Assembly: GCA_965372355.1 (NCBI GenBank)
Contig: CBDVBZ010000003.1
Location: 26,517 to 90,516, forward strand
Origin: an uncultured bacterium
GTDB taxonomy: Bacteria; Krumholzibacteriota; Krumholzibacteriia; WVZY01
Direction of reading: 5' to 3'
Length of the DNA: 64,000 bases
Positions 47,693 through 57,444 of the stretch are shown piece by piece; position 1 is the first letter of the stretch, and each line of letters opens with the position of its first letter. The position numbers and the translations under genes were made by a program. The notes beneath the pieces were generated by a model that saw only the letters and a program-made list of their open reading frames with translations, was not told where the DNA came from and made no database searches.

Positions 47693-48853
47693 ATGCAAGC
47701 GATTGATTTTGTTATTGATACGCTGTCTCATTTTGTGAGGGTCGGGGAGGGGCCGCCGCCGGGCATCCCGGCCACGATCGACTCTGACTTCGAGCGCGAA
47801 CTGACGTGGCTCTGTGAGTGGCACGCGTTGACGCCAACTGTCCTCGCATCGCTCGAGAGACTTGCGCTGCGTCCGCGGATTTCACGAATCACCCGGGCGC
47901 GGATCGAAGCTTTGGCCAATGCATCAAGCTCGTTGACGTGCGACGTGCTGGCGACAGCCGCTTCGTTGGCCGAACGGTTCGAGGAGGGGGGCATCGAGTG
48001 CCTCTTTCTCGGTGGCACGCGGTTGGCCGACGGGGTGTACCCGGAGGCGAAACTCAGACCCGTTGAGAGAATCGATGTGCTTGTACGGGAGGACGATTGG
48101 CCGGCGGTGATCGAACGATGTCAAAAAGAGGGATTCCGTCTGGCACCCGGACAGCCGTTTTGCCGCACGGGCGAGGAAGCACTCATCTACTATCAGCATT
48201 TCGCGCCGTGCGTCCTCGAGAACGACAAGGGCGAGCGTTTGTGTGTTCGAATGCGGATGTTTGATCTTGGCGAGCCCGACAAAACCGAGCCCGCCTGGAA
48301 ACGGGGGCGGAAGTCCGCGCGGACGGGTGTCCTGCACACCGGGCCCGAGGATGAGTTGATCCACTCGTGTCTCACATACAATATGACTGATTTCGGCAAG
48401 CTGATTCACGCCGTCGACATCGGCCTGATCGTCAACCGCTTTCGGGACGATATGAATTGGGGCTACGTGAGAGAGCGTCTCGTGTCAAAATCCGTGTATA
48501 CCGCCGTGTTCTTCACGATGAACAATGTCGCCCAGTGGCTGAAGCTCGATCGATCGGCAATCGGGTTGGAAAGCCCTGGACGGGTCCAGAAGAAGATTTT
48601 TAACACGTTATGGCACGCGGACTACGACAGCTTCGCGATGCGCCGACCGGAGCGGATGCACAGGCTCCGTTTCTATCTCTTCGAAATGGGTCGCTGGAGA
48701 GAGAAGTTGCGGTTCTTCGCCGCCCTGATGTCGCCAAAACCCGAGTGGGTCGCCGCATTCTTCGATCGGCCATACCGGCCGTGGTTGAAACTCAGGTTTG
48801 TCATGCTCACGCTCAGAAATCGCGTCGGGTTTCGACTGCCGGGGAATCCATGA
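47693..48853 (+). CDS. NTP_transf_5-like nucleotidyltransferase family protein, divergent active site
   Basis: H.L.P, FLGGTRLA..VYP...LRPVERIDVLV, DELIH..LT, DIGL. Confidence 0.7.
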   Translation: MQAIDFVIDTLSHFVRVGEGPPPGIPATIDSDFERELTWLCEWHALTPTVLASLERLALRPRISRITRARIEALANASSSLTCDVLATAASLAERFEEGGIECLFLGGTRLADGVYPEAKLRPVERIDVLVREDDWPAVIERCQKEGFRLAPGQPFCRTGEEALIYYQHFAPCVLENDKGERLCVRMRMFDLGEPDKTEPAWKRGRKSARTGVLHTGPEDELIHSCLTYNMTDFGKLIHAVDIGLIVNRFRDDMNWGYVRERLVSKSVYTAVFFTMNNVAQWLKLDRSAIGLESPGRVQKKIFNTLWHADYDSFAMRRPERMHRLRFYLFEMGRWREKLRFFAALMSPKPEWVAAFFDRPYRPWLKLRFVMLTLRNRVGFRLPGNP

Positions 48854-49086
48854 AGCCGGACATCGTCGTGGATACAAGAGGCCTGTTCTGTCCCGCCCCC
48901 ATCATCAAGACTTCTGAAGCCATGCGCTCGATCGACACCGGCGGAGTGGTCGAGGTCATATCCGATGATCCGGCCATCGAGTTCGATATGCCGGCGTGGT
49001 GTGAGAGCCAGGGGCACACGATCGAATCGATCACGATCGAACGTGATGCGTTCCTTTACCTCGTAAAGAAAACGGGTGGGGAATGA
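48850..49086 (+). CDS. tusA: TusA/SirA-family sulfur carrier
   Basis: DTRGLFCPAPII, VISDDP...DMPAWC; ATGA overlap with upstream stop. Confidence 0.9.
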   Translation: MKPDIVVDTRGLFCPAPIIKTSEAMRSIDTGGVVEVISDDPAIEFDMPAWCESQGHTIESITIERDAFLYLVKKTGGE

Positions 49087-49171
49087 TGCCGCTGTGTCTG
49101 GACACGCCCGTGTCTTTTTGATAGTGTTGTGCAGTCGGTTTTTGCAATAGTGCTTCGGAGGTGATGAAGTA

Positions 49172-50218
49172 GTGAATACGGGCAAGAAAATCAGGCTCAC
49201 TCAGTACGCATCCTGCGCCGGTTGAGCATCCAAATTCGACGCAGCGGGACTGCGTGATATTCTGAAGGACTTCCCGGCCCAGGTGGATCCGAATCTCCTT
49301 GTCGGACACGCCGGGGCGGACGACGCCGGTGTGTATCGGATCGACGACGAGCGCGCCATCGTTATGACCGTGGATTTCTTCCCGCCCATTGTGGATGACC
49401 CGTACGACTACGGGCGCGTGGCCGCGGCGAACTCGCTGAGCGATGTCTACGCGATGGGCGCGGATCCTATTGCCGCGCTGAACATTGCGGCGTTTCCGGG
49501 CAAGGGTCTGCCCAACGAGATCCTGGGCGAGATATTCCGCGGCGGCGCCTCGGTGGCCAAGGGGGCGGGGATTGTGATCGTCGGCGGTCATACCGTCAAG
49601 GACGCAGAGCTCAAGTACGGTTTGTCGGTTGTGGGAATGGTCCACCCGAAGGAGATCGTCCAGAACTCGGGCGCGCGCGTGGGTGACAAGCTGATACTCA
49701 CAAAACCCCTGGGTACCGGTATCCTGTCGACGGCCCTCATGGCCGAAAAGCTGGCCGACGAGCACTACCGTTCGTTGATCAATACGATGACCCAGCTGAA
49801 CCGTCACGCCTCGGAGGAAATGCGGCGGCACGGCGTTCATGCGTGCACAGACATTACCGGTTATGGGTTGCTCGGTCACGCGTTCGAGGTGGCGGAGGCC
49901 GGCAACGTATCGTTGGAGATCGTCGCAGATGCCGCCCCCGTACTCCCGGGAGCGTTCGACATGATCCGCGAGGGTTTTCTTACCGGTGGTGCCAACGCCA
50001 ATCGTCATCTGATCGAGGGAGAAGTCGAGTGGAACCGCGACTACGACCAACCTCTCGACGATCTTCTCGTCGACCCCCAAACCTCCGGGGGACTCCTCAT
50101 CTCCGTCTCACCGGATCACTGCGACGCCCTGCTCGACCGCATCGTTGAGATCTACACCGACGCGGTGATTATCGGCAATGTCATCGAGAAGCGGGGACCC
50201 CTCCTCCACGTCGTCTGA
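49172..50218 (+). CDS. selD: Selenide, water dikinase; selenoprotein with in-frame UGA at 49223-49225
   Basis: RLTQYASCAG-UGA-ASK in frame with DDAGVY, TVDFFPP, ANSLSDVYAMG, GGHT, DITGYGLLGH, DPQTSGGLL. Confidence 0.93.
49233..49261 (+). promoter_or_regulatory. Bacterial SECIS-like hairpin
   Basis: ACGCAG-CGGGA-CTGCGT stem-loop; loop starts 20 nt after UGA with G at loop position 2. Confidence 0.7.
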
Positions 50219-50228
50219 CCCAATTTGT

Positions 50229-51545
50229 CTAGAATACGATAGTCAATCGTTGCTGAAGCGGGGGGCAAGGTTTGCGGACGAGAACGGTGTTCCTCTCCGC
50301 CCGAGTCTCGAAAAACCGGACCAGACACGCGTCTCGTACCGTTGCGAAGAGTGCCATCTCGGTGGCTGGCACCGGTTCTTTTGAGGGCAGCTTGACTCTC
50401 CGTGGGTTGACGAATTTGCCGCCCACCTTGATTCGGTAGTCGAGGTGGGGTCCGGTTGACCGGCCCGTTGAGCCGACGTACCCGATCACCTGGCCTTGTT
50501 GGACTCGAGCACCGTTCCGGATGCCCTTCGCAAACCGTGACAGGTGGAGATAGTAGGTGGTGTAGCGCCTGTTGTGCTTTATTTTTATCCAGTTGCCGTT
50601 GAAGTGGTGTCTCGCCGCGGCAACGACCGTGCCCTCACCCGTGCACCGAACGGGCGTGCCTTGGGGCGCCGCGTAATCGACGCCAAGGTGGGGTGCGTAG
50701 TGGCGCGTGACTGGATGCAGGCGCCGGTGCGAGAAGCTGGAAGAGACACGCGTGTATCTCAGAGGCGACCGCAACAATGATTTCTGCAGTGAGTTACCTC
50801 GCTCGTCGTAGTAACTCCGCCGGCCGTTATTGTCCACGTAGAGAAACGCATAATGTTCGCTTCCACGCGTAAACACCCGCGCGCCCAACACGCCGCCGAG
50901 CACCGTCTTTCCGTTGGATAGCACTTTCTTCTCGTACAGAATCGTAAATGTGTCCCCGCGCCGGATGTCGGTGAAGAAATCGATATCCCATTGGAAAATG
51001 ACGGCGAGATAAGACGCGAGCTCGGGGTTCGCACCTTGTTCCTGCAGTGTGGCGTGTATCGAGCTGTTGATCGTTCCGCTGGTGACGTAGTACTCGATCT
51101 CGTATGGCACCGTGTCGCGCCGCGCCACAAACCCGTCACCCTGTCGGTTGACTTTCAGAACCCGCTCGGCATCGATCACAAAATGCAGGCTGTCCAGACG
51201 CCCCTCGGGATTCGAATAGACGGCGTACTTCTGACCCGGCCGAACCTTCCTGAGATTGAACATCTCGTGGCTCGTCTTGACGATCCTGTCAATATCTGTG
51301 GGCGCGATTCCCGCCCGCTGCATCTCGACAAAAAACGGTGTCCCTCTCGATATTTTACCCTCAACGGAGGCTGCCGTGGGAATTTCGGCCGTGCCCGAAC
51401 CCGGCGAGCTCACCATTCCGTCGACCACGACATCCCCACGCGGGCGAGACCGATCCCCCAGGAACGGCTCAAGAAATACCTGCCGGCCCTCGTAGACCGC
51501 GATGGCAAGGAGAATGACAAACAGTGGGAAGAATCTTCTTTTCAT
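50229..51545 (-). CDS. M23 peptidase (MepM/OapA-like) with N-terminal anchor
   Basis: HLGVDYAAP, GNWIKIKH, YYLHLS, GRSTGPHLDY. Confidence 0.9.
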   Translation of the reverse strand: MKRRFFPLFVILLAIAVYEGRQVFLEPFLGDRSRPRGDVVVDGMVSSPGSGTAEIPTAASVEGKISRGTPFFVEMQRAGIAPTDIDRIVKTSHEMFNLRKVRPGQKYAVYSNPEGRLDSLHFVIDAERVLKVNRQGDGFVARRDTVPYEIEYYVTSGTINSSIHATLQEQGANPELASYLAVIFQWDIDFFTDIRRGDTFTILYEKKVLSNGKTVLGGVLGARVFTRGSEHYAFLYVDNNGRRSYYDERGNSLQKSLLRSPLRYTRVSSSFSHRRLHPVTRHYAPHLGVDYAAPQGTPVRCTGEGTVVAAARHHFNGNWIKIKHNRRYTTYYLHLSRFAKGIRNGARVQQGQVIGYVGSTGRSTGPHLDYRIKVGGKFVNPRRVKLPSKEPVPATEMALFATVRDACLVRFFETRAERNTVLVRKPCPPLQQRLTIVF

Positions 51546-51702
51546 AGAGTTGCCTGGCTCAGGTGGCCGGGAATCGTCCATCTGCGACCCCGTCTAGTAG
51601 TCCTAGCAATAGGAATACCAAGCTTTAACCACACCGAACCCTATGGCAAGCAAAAAGTCGGACGGATCGACTCGTGACGGTCCGCGCCCCGCCGGAACGT
51701 AA

Positions 51703-54006
51703 CTATTTCAAGAATAACAGTTTGCGCGATATCGAACGGTCGCCGACGGTCAGGCGGCTGAAGTAGACGCCGCTGGGGACTCCCAGCCCATCGTCGTTGC
51801 GGCCGTGCCAGGTCGCCTGATAGGCGCCTGGTCCGATCTCGCCGTTGACGAGCGTGGCCACCCGCCGCCCCGTGATGTCGTAGATGTGGAGGGAGACCGG
51901 TACGACGGAGCCACCGCCCACCGTATACGGAATGGTCGTCTCCGGGTTGAAGGGATTGGGGTAGTTGCGCCCCAGGCTGGTGGCAAAGATGGGGGTGTCG
52001 GCGATCCCCGTCAGGGTCGTGACCCGTTCATCCTGTGAGTTGCTCCACAGGCTGTAGTGGTTTTCGGCATCCTGAGCGCGGACGAGATAGGTGAACTCCC
52101 CCGTGGCGGCCGGCGAGACAACAAGCGTCGTCCCGGCGAGGCCCGACGCCACCACCGTCCGGGTCTCGTAGACAGGCACCGGATCGATAAGATCGAGATA
52201 GATGCCCTCCTCCAGAACCGATTGATCGGTCACGTAATGCCACCTCAACAGGATGTCGCTCCCCAGGTAAGCGGATAGCGAGAACGTCGCCTGGACCCAA
52301 CCGAGGCTCGATCCGGTGATCCCGTTGCCGAGATTGTTCCCGTTCGGGTCGACATCCGTTGTCAGGTTGCCCGCAACAGACGACCAGACGAGGCCCCCGT
52401 CGGAGCTGACCTCGACATAGGCATAGTCCCAGTGGGTTTCGATGTTGTACCAGACCCAGGTTGAAAACGTCTCGGTCGCCAGTGTGACCCGGTAGAACGT
52501 TGCCGTTTCCAGACGACTCGAATTGTTGTCGGTCTCGCCGGAATAGTAGCTCCCCGTACCCTCGTATGCCCGTGTTGTGGAAAGGGTAAACCCGGCGTAG
52601 TTCCAGAGGCTCGAGACCGCATTGGCGTTGTCCTGAACCGTAGAGAGGTTCTTGTATTCGACGACCTCGTATTGAACCGGCGGGTTGGGGTCGGTGGCAT
52701 CCGTTCCCGACCACGTCAGGCGGTACTGGGGCCAGGTCAGCCCGGCATGGTCCGCCGGCTGCAAGGTCGGCGTGTAGGGCCCGAGGGTTCGGTGTGGGTT
52801 GTCCGCCAGCTCGAGGAGCGTCATGTTCATCGGTAGAAGCAGATCGAATGTCGGTTGAATCATCGTATCCGGTGGCCCAAAACCACCCTGTTCATACGAG
52901 TTGACCTCGGGTGTGTAGAGAAGGAAAGACGGCTTTGTGACATCCTCGCCATAGGCCCAGTCGTCGGAGTCGCCGTTGACGGTATAGATCGCACCCATCG
53001 CCGCATTGCCCACGAAATAACCGTTGGTGCTCGCCAGCGAATCGCCAAGCGCCAGAAAAAGATCGTGGTCCGGTGTGTAGAAATAATCGTATCCCCAGGG
53101 AAAGAGCAGCAGCTCGCCATAGCTGTGATACGAGAACCCCACCACAAACTCGCGCGTGGCACAGAAGTCCCGGATCACCTGGGTCTCGGGTTCGGAGAAG
53201 GGTCCCGTCCCGCGGTAGGTGATCCACGACGGCGTTGGCGATGAGCCGATGTCATCGTAGCCCCACTCGTAGCCAAAATTGCGGTTCAGATCGACGCCGA
53301 ACGACCCATCACCGTTGTCGCGGCGGTTCTTTCGCCACCATTCGGACCAGTGGATGCCGATGTGGTTGTTCTCCACATACACATGTCCGTCCGGGTTGAG
53401 CATGGGCAGAATAAAGATCTCGCGGTTGTCCACGAGGTTCGCCACCGTTGGGTCCGAGATGTAGTGGTCGAGGAGATACACGGCAAACCGCAGAGTGAGG
53501 TCCACCGTCATGATCTCGCGGGCGTGCAGGTTGCCCATGATCAGAACTTCCGGTTCCGACTCGTCCGTGGCGACATTGTCTGAGATTTTCAAAACGTAGA
53601 TGGTCCGACCTTCGATGCTCGTGCCGATCGACCCAAGCGAGGCCAGCGTCGGGTACGTGGTTGCGAGATCGGTGAGCACGGTCTCCATCTCGGCGTACGT
53701 ATGGTAGAGCCCCAGGTTCGCATCCAGATCCGCAGCCGCGCTCATACCGGGCGCCGCCAGCACCGATATCGGAATGTCGAGGCCCTGGAGATAGGCAAAC
53801 TGCTTGCTATCGACGACGACATCGATCATTCCATCCCTTCCCACACTCAGGATCTCGATCTGCTGCTCGGCAAGCGACCTTATGAGTTGCTTGCCCTTCG
53901 CCGGCAGGCGAACGAGCGTCCGGTCATTCGTGGCCGCGATGGCGGAGTGAAGCAGAAATAGCGATACGAGAAGGCAGGTCAGAACGGCTGCGGCTGCGCG
54001 GTGCAT
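51703..54006 (-). CDS. Secreted M14 zinc carboxypeptidase + InhA-like domain + FlgD-Ig C-terminal domain
   Basis: HAREI, NPDG, WRKNRR, GVDLNRN, FSEPET, SYHSY; WDYAYVEVS; RNYPNPFNPET...PSGVYF. Confidence 0.9.
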   Translation of the reverse strand: MHRAAAAVLTCLLVSLFLLHSAIAATNDRTLVRLPAKGKQLIRSLAEQQIEILSVGRDGMIDVVVDSKQFAYLQGLDIPISVLAAPGMSAAADLDANLGLYHTYAEMETVLTDLATTYPTLASLGSIGTSIEGRTIYVLKISDNVATDESEPEVLIMGNLHAREIMTVDLTLRFAVYLLDHYISDPTVANLVDNREIFILPMLNPDGHVYVENNHIGIHWSEWWRKNRRDNGDGSFGVDLNRNFGYEWGYDDIGSSPTPSWITYRGTGPFSEPETQVIRDFCATREFVVGFSYHSYGELLLFPWGYDYFYTPDHDLFLALGDSLASTNGYFVGNAAMGAIYTVNGDSDDWAYGEDVTKPSFLLYTPEVNSYEQGGFGPPDTMIQPTFDLLLPMNMTLLELADNPHRTLGPYTPTLQPADHAGLTWPQYRLTWSGTDATDPNPPVQYEVVEYKNLSTVQDNANAVSSLWNYAGFTLSTTRAYEGTGSYYSGETDNNSSRLETATFYRVTLATETFSTWVWYNIETHWDYAYVEVSSDGGLVWSSVAGNLTTDVDPNGNNLGNGITGSSLGWVQATFSLSAYLGSDILLRWHYVTDQSVLEEGIYLDLIDPVPVYETRTVVASGLAGTTLVVSPAATGEFTYLVRAQDAENHYSLWSNSQDERVTTLTGIADTPIFATSLGRNYPNPFNPETTIPYTVGGGSVVPVSLHIYDITGRRVATLVNGEIGPGAYQATWHGRNDDGLGVPSGVYFSRLTVGDRSISRKLLFLK

Positions 54007-54220
54007 TTGTTGCTCCTTTCGATGACCGTCGGCCTGTGGGGAAGGATTGAACTGCATTGATTATAACGTGTTTTGCGCGGCGGCACAACGGCCGTTGCTT
54101 GATGCTCGTTGCTTGACGCGACGGCGTGCCAAGGCTCTCGCATCCGCCCGCGTGCGGTGGTGTGCGATCGTGTGCGATCGCCTGCGCCCGCCTGCGGGCG
54201 TGTGCGGCGCTCGGGGAGAG

Positions 54221-56356
54221 CTATTCCGTCATCTTGCCGAGCTGCTCGCGGGCCCAGCCGGCCATGGAGTGGTCCGGGTAAAGCTGCAGGAATCTCTCGA
54301 GATAGGGTTTCGCCTCGTAGCCGCGTCCGGCGCGGCCCAGCGCGGACGCGGCGTTGAACAAGGCCGCCGCCGAGTTCGGGTCGATTCGGAGCGCACGCGT
54401 GAAACGATCGAGTGCCTCATCGAATCGTTCCAATTCACCGAGCACGATACCCGAATCAATATAGAGGTCGATATCATTGGGGTGCTGGACGAGCTGCCCG
54501 TTGTAGATCTCGAGCAGCTTTGTGTTGACCGGCACCAGCTCGTCATGCCGTTCCATCGTCAGAAGAACCTCGCGCAGACTTCGCCAGTACACAACATTGT
54601 CCGGGGCTTTCTCGACGAGCCAACGCAGTTCGGAGAGCACCTCGTCGTAGCGACCCATGCGATAGAGAAGCGATGCGTAGCTGTTGCGAAACCCGATCTT
54701 GTCGGGCCGGAGCGTGAGCGCTCTCCTGTACGCCTCGCGTGCCCGATCGTAGTCCTCGCGTTCGATGAATACGTTGGCGAGGAGGTTGTAAGCGTTTGCA
54801 TTGTGCGGGTTGACCTGAACCGCTTTCTGCAGCCACCGGACGCCTTCTTCGGTCTGCGCGTTACGAAGATAGTAGTTGGCGACGACGACTTCCGTCCTCC
54901 CGTGCCCAAGCGGCAGCGTTTTGAAGCGCTCGAGCGAGACGGATTCGGAGTGATTGATATGCACCCACGGCGCCAGTTGAAGCAGCGAAAAGATGAGCGC
55001 GAATGCGAGAAGCCTCGATACCGTCTCGCTGCTCTTCACATGTTGAATGAGAAAATAGACCCCCGCCGTCGTATAGCAAACGCCCGCGGGTGCAAAAAGA
55101 TCCCAATCGCGCGCGTAGCCGAGCAGCGGTTCCGACATCGTAAAGCTCCCCGCGAGATAGCTCAACGAAGCCAGTGCAAAGAAGATGGCCGTATCGCCAA
55201 ACCCGCGCCGTTTGTCGATAACGATGCGGCCCGCATAGAAAAGCGCCGGAACGAGGAGAAACGCGGCCAGCGGTCCGATCAGGAAGTGCTCGTTCAGGAA
55301 ATCCCTGAGATGGACGGGGGAGAACCAGTACGCCAACCCGAAGCCTCCACCCTGCGATTCCCGCGCGATCCTGACGATGTTGCCGAGCCCCTTCCACAGA
55401 CCGAAGTCGGCGGACATGCGCCCGAATAACCAGTCGACGAGCAACAGACCGGCAACAAGCACACCGACGGCTGAGGCGGCGTCGATACGCGTGTCACGGC
55501 GGCACACACCCTTTGCTAGCAGGAAGAGCAATGACGGCAGCAGCGCGATCGTCGACAGATGAAGCGCCAGGCCCGTGAGATACACGAGCACGACAACCTG
55601 CATCGTCAACCGACCCTGAAGATGAAGGACCGCGGTCAGGAGGTACGCGGCGACGACCAGCGTATAGAACGTGTAGTTTTCAATGTAGCCAAAGAAGAGC
55701 AGCGTGTAACCCTGAGTGAGGAGAAGAAGTGTGACCAGCCACGGCACGGACTTCTCATGGGTCGTGTCCTTCGCGAGCGACCGTCCCAACGCGGCGACGA
55801 CCAGCACAAAGGCAAACCCCGCGACAACACTGCCCAACGCGACGACATCCCCGGCCACATCGCTCTCTGTCAGGCCCTCTGCCCGGAACCAGCCCCCGAG
55901 ATGCTGGTAGAGAAACTGTTGCAGCCACATCATCCCCGGCTGCCGGGGATGAAAGGACTGGCCCTGGGGAAGATCGACCACCAGCGGGTGGGCATCGCCG
56001 AGGAGGAGTTGCTGCGAGCGCAGAAGCCAGAAAACCGAGGCGCAAAGTGTGGCGAAAAAGAGGGTAGACACCAGCGGGTACCGATCGATGGCGCCGATCC
56101 AGGCAACAACGCGACCCTTCGGACTCACGGAGCGCCACAGAGCGATGCCCGCGAGAACGACGAGCATCCAACTCAACACAGCCAACGGGAGGGGAAGAAA
56201 GGCGTACAGATGGAATCCCCAGAAACTGTCGCGAAGCGGACCCATCGAGGCGATCTGAAGCACGATCGTGATGGCCGCCACCACGACGAGGACAGCCGTG
56301 TAGTATCCCGCCGCCGCACCCGACGGGTTTTCCCGCTTTGGGGTCTTCGCACTCAT
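54221..56356 (-). CDS. Multi-TM (GT-C/DUF2723-like) membrane protein with C-terminal TPRs
   Basis: ~11-12 TM segments, LGDA and IENY loop motifs, ARDWDLFA, several TPR repeats. Confidence 0.7.
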   Translation of the reverse strand: MSAKTPKRENPSGAAAGYYTAVLVVVAAITIVLQIASMGPLRDSFWGFHLYAFLPLPLAVLSWMLVVLAGIALWRSVSPKGRVVAWIGAIDRYPLVSTLFFATLCASVFWLLRSQQLLLGDAHPLVVDLPQGQSFHPRQPGMMWLQQFLYQHLGGWFRAEGLTESDVAGDVVALGSVVAGFAFVLVVAALGRSLAKDTTHEKSVPWLVTLLLLTQGYTLLFFGYIENYTFYTLVVAAYLLTAVLHLQGRLTMQVVVLVYLTGLALHLSTIALLPSLLFLLAKGVCRRDTRIDAASAVGVLVAGLLLVDWLFGRMSADFGLWKGLGNIVRIARESQGGGFGLAYWFSPVHLRDFLNEHFLIGPLAAFLLVPALFYAGRIVIDKRRGFGDTAIFFALASLSYLAGSFTMSEPLLGYARDWDLFAPAGVCYTTAGVYFLIQHVKSSETVSRLLAFALIFSLLQLAPWVHINHSESVSLERFKTLPLGHGRTEVVVANYYLRNAQTEEGVRWLQKAVQVNPHNANAYNLLANVFIEREDYDRAREAYRRALTLRPDKIGFRNSYASLLYRMGRYDEVLSELRWLVEKAPDNVVYWRSLREVLLTMERHDELVPVNTKLLEIYNGQLVQHPNDIDLYIDSGIVLGELERFDEALDRFTRALRIDPNSAAALFNAASALGRAGRGYEAKPYLERFLQLYPDHSMAGWAREQLGKMTE

Positions 56357-56415
56357 CTCATTCGGGTTCCCGGTTCGGGTTTGAGGAGTCTTTGCACGCT
56401 TCGATCGCCGCTTGA

Positions 56416-56432
56416 GCCTGTCCTGGAAGGGC
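56416..56432 (-). repeat. GCCCTTCCAGGACAGGC motif copy in a divergent intergenic region
   Basis: Exact reverse complement of 41704-41720; identical to 47595-47611. Confidence 0.75.
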
Positions 56433-56613
56433 TACGTGCGAAGCGCGTCTGCCGGGCGGCGTACGTAGCGCTGCCGTCAGGTCAGCGGTACGAGAATTAT
56501 ACGTTTGGAGACGCCGTGGATCAATCAAAGAGCGTTGAGAAACCAGTCACGGTGACATAGAATAGCGATGCCTGTGCCGCGGAAAGCCCCATACGCGTCG
56601 GGCCCGGTGTACT

Positions 56614-57444
56614 ATGGAAAACCGTCTTAGAAAACATCTGGCGCTGATCAAATCACGCGCGAAGGACCTGTCGCAATCCTACAGGGGGTCTGCCGCCTGC
56701 CGGCACGGTCGTCCCATCGATCTGGCGGAAGCCGTTCCGGGTCGCGAGCAGGCGATCGACGGTGAGACATTCTATCTGATACGTGTCGAGGACAGCGCGA
56801 TTGCCGACGACGTCCCTGCGGTCACCGATCGGTTGTTGAAGATTTCTCAGCGCGAGACGTGGCCGATTATCTCTCTTGTCAAGGACCCCGGGCCGTCCAT
56901 GGCCAGCCGCATCCAGAACGACCAGGTGTGTTTTCTCGATATCGAAACGACGGGGCTCTCGCCAAACACGTATGTCTTCCTCTGTGGTTTGATGTATCTC
57001 CACGGACGTCGCTTTGTCGCCGAGCAGCTTTTTGCGCGGGACTACGCGGAAGAAAAGGGCATGCTGCTGTATCTGCGGAATATCGTCGAGCGATACCCCA
57101 TGATCGTGACGTTCAACGGTACCAGTTTTGACGTGCCCTTTCTGCAAACGCGGATGGCGGTCGCGCGCATGCAATCGATGCCGCCTTTCGAGCATGTGGA
57201 TCTGCTGGAGCCCGCACGGGAACGTTTTAGTGATGTGCTTCCCAACTGCAGGCTTGAGACCATCGAACGGCATCTGAGGGGAGTAGCGCGAAGTGGCGAC
57301 ATTCCCAGCCGGGATATACCCGAGGCGTATCACGAGTTTGTCAGAACGGGGGACGCAAGTGACATCCAGCGCGTTCTCTATCATAACCTCATGGATCTTC
57401 TCGCGATGGCGTACATGGTCAACCATCTCGCCGATCACAAGTGA
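56614..57444 (+). CDS. YprB/MrfB-like RNase H-fold DEDD exonuclease (no C-terminal TPR)
   Basis: FLDIETTG, TFNGTSFDVPF, CRLETIE, HNLMDL. Confidence 0.88.
   Translation: MENRLRKHLALIKSRAKDLSQSYRGSAACRHGRPIDLAEAVPGREQAIDGETFYLIRVEDSAIADDVPAVTDRLLKISQRETWPIISLVKDPGPSMASRIQNDQVCFLDIETTGLSPNTYVFLCGLMYLHGRRFVAEQLFARDYAEEKGMLLYLRNIVERYPMIVTFNGTSFDVPFLQTRMAVARMQSMPPFEHVDLLEPARERFSDVLPNCRLETIERHLRGVARSGDIPSRDIPEAYHEFVRTGDASDIQRVLYHNLMDLLAMAYMVNHLADHK

Noticed and set aside
43961-48853. Lasso-peptide cluster (ABC exporter + NTP_transf_5)
   Set aside because: No lasso cyclase, B protein/PqqD, kinase or precursor ORF nearby
50229-51545. M23 peptidase inactive because HxH reads HLD
   Set aside because: HxxxD and the first His are intact, Asp can ligate Zn, and GPHLD is a variant I recall in MepM-like proteins
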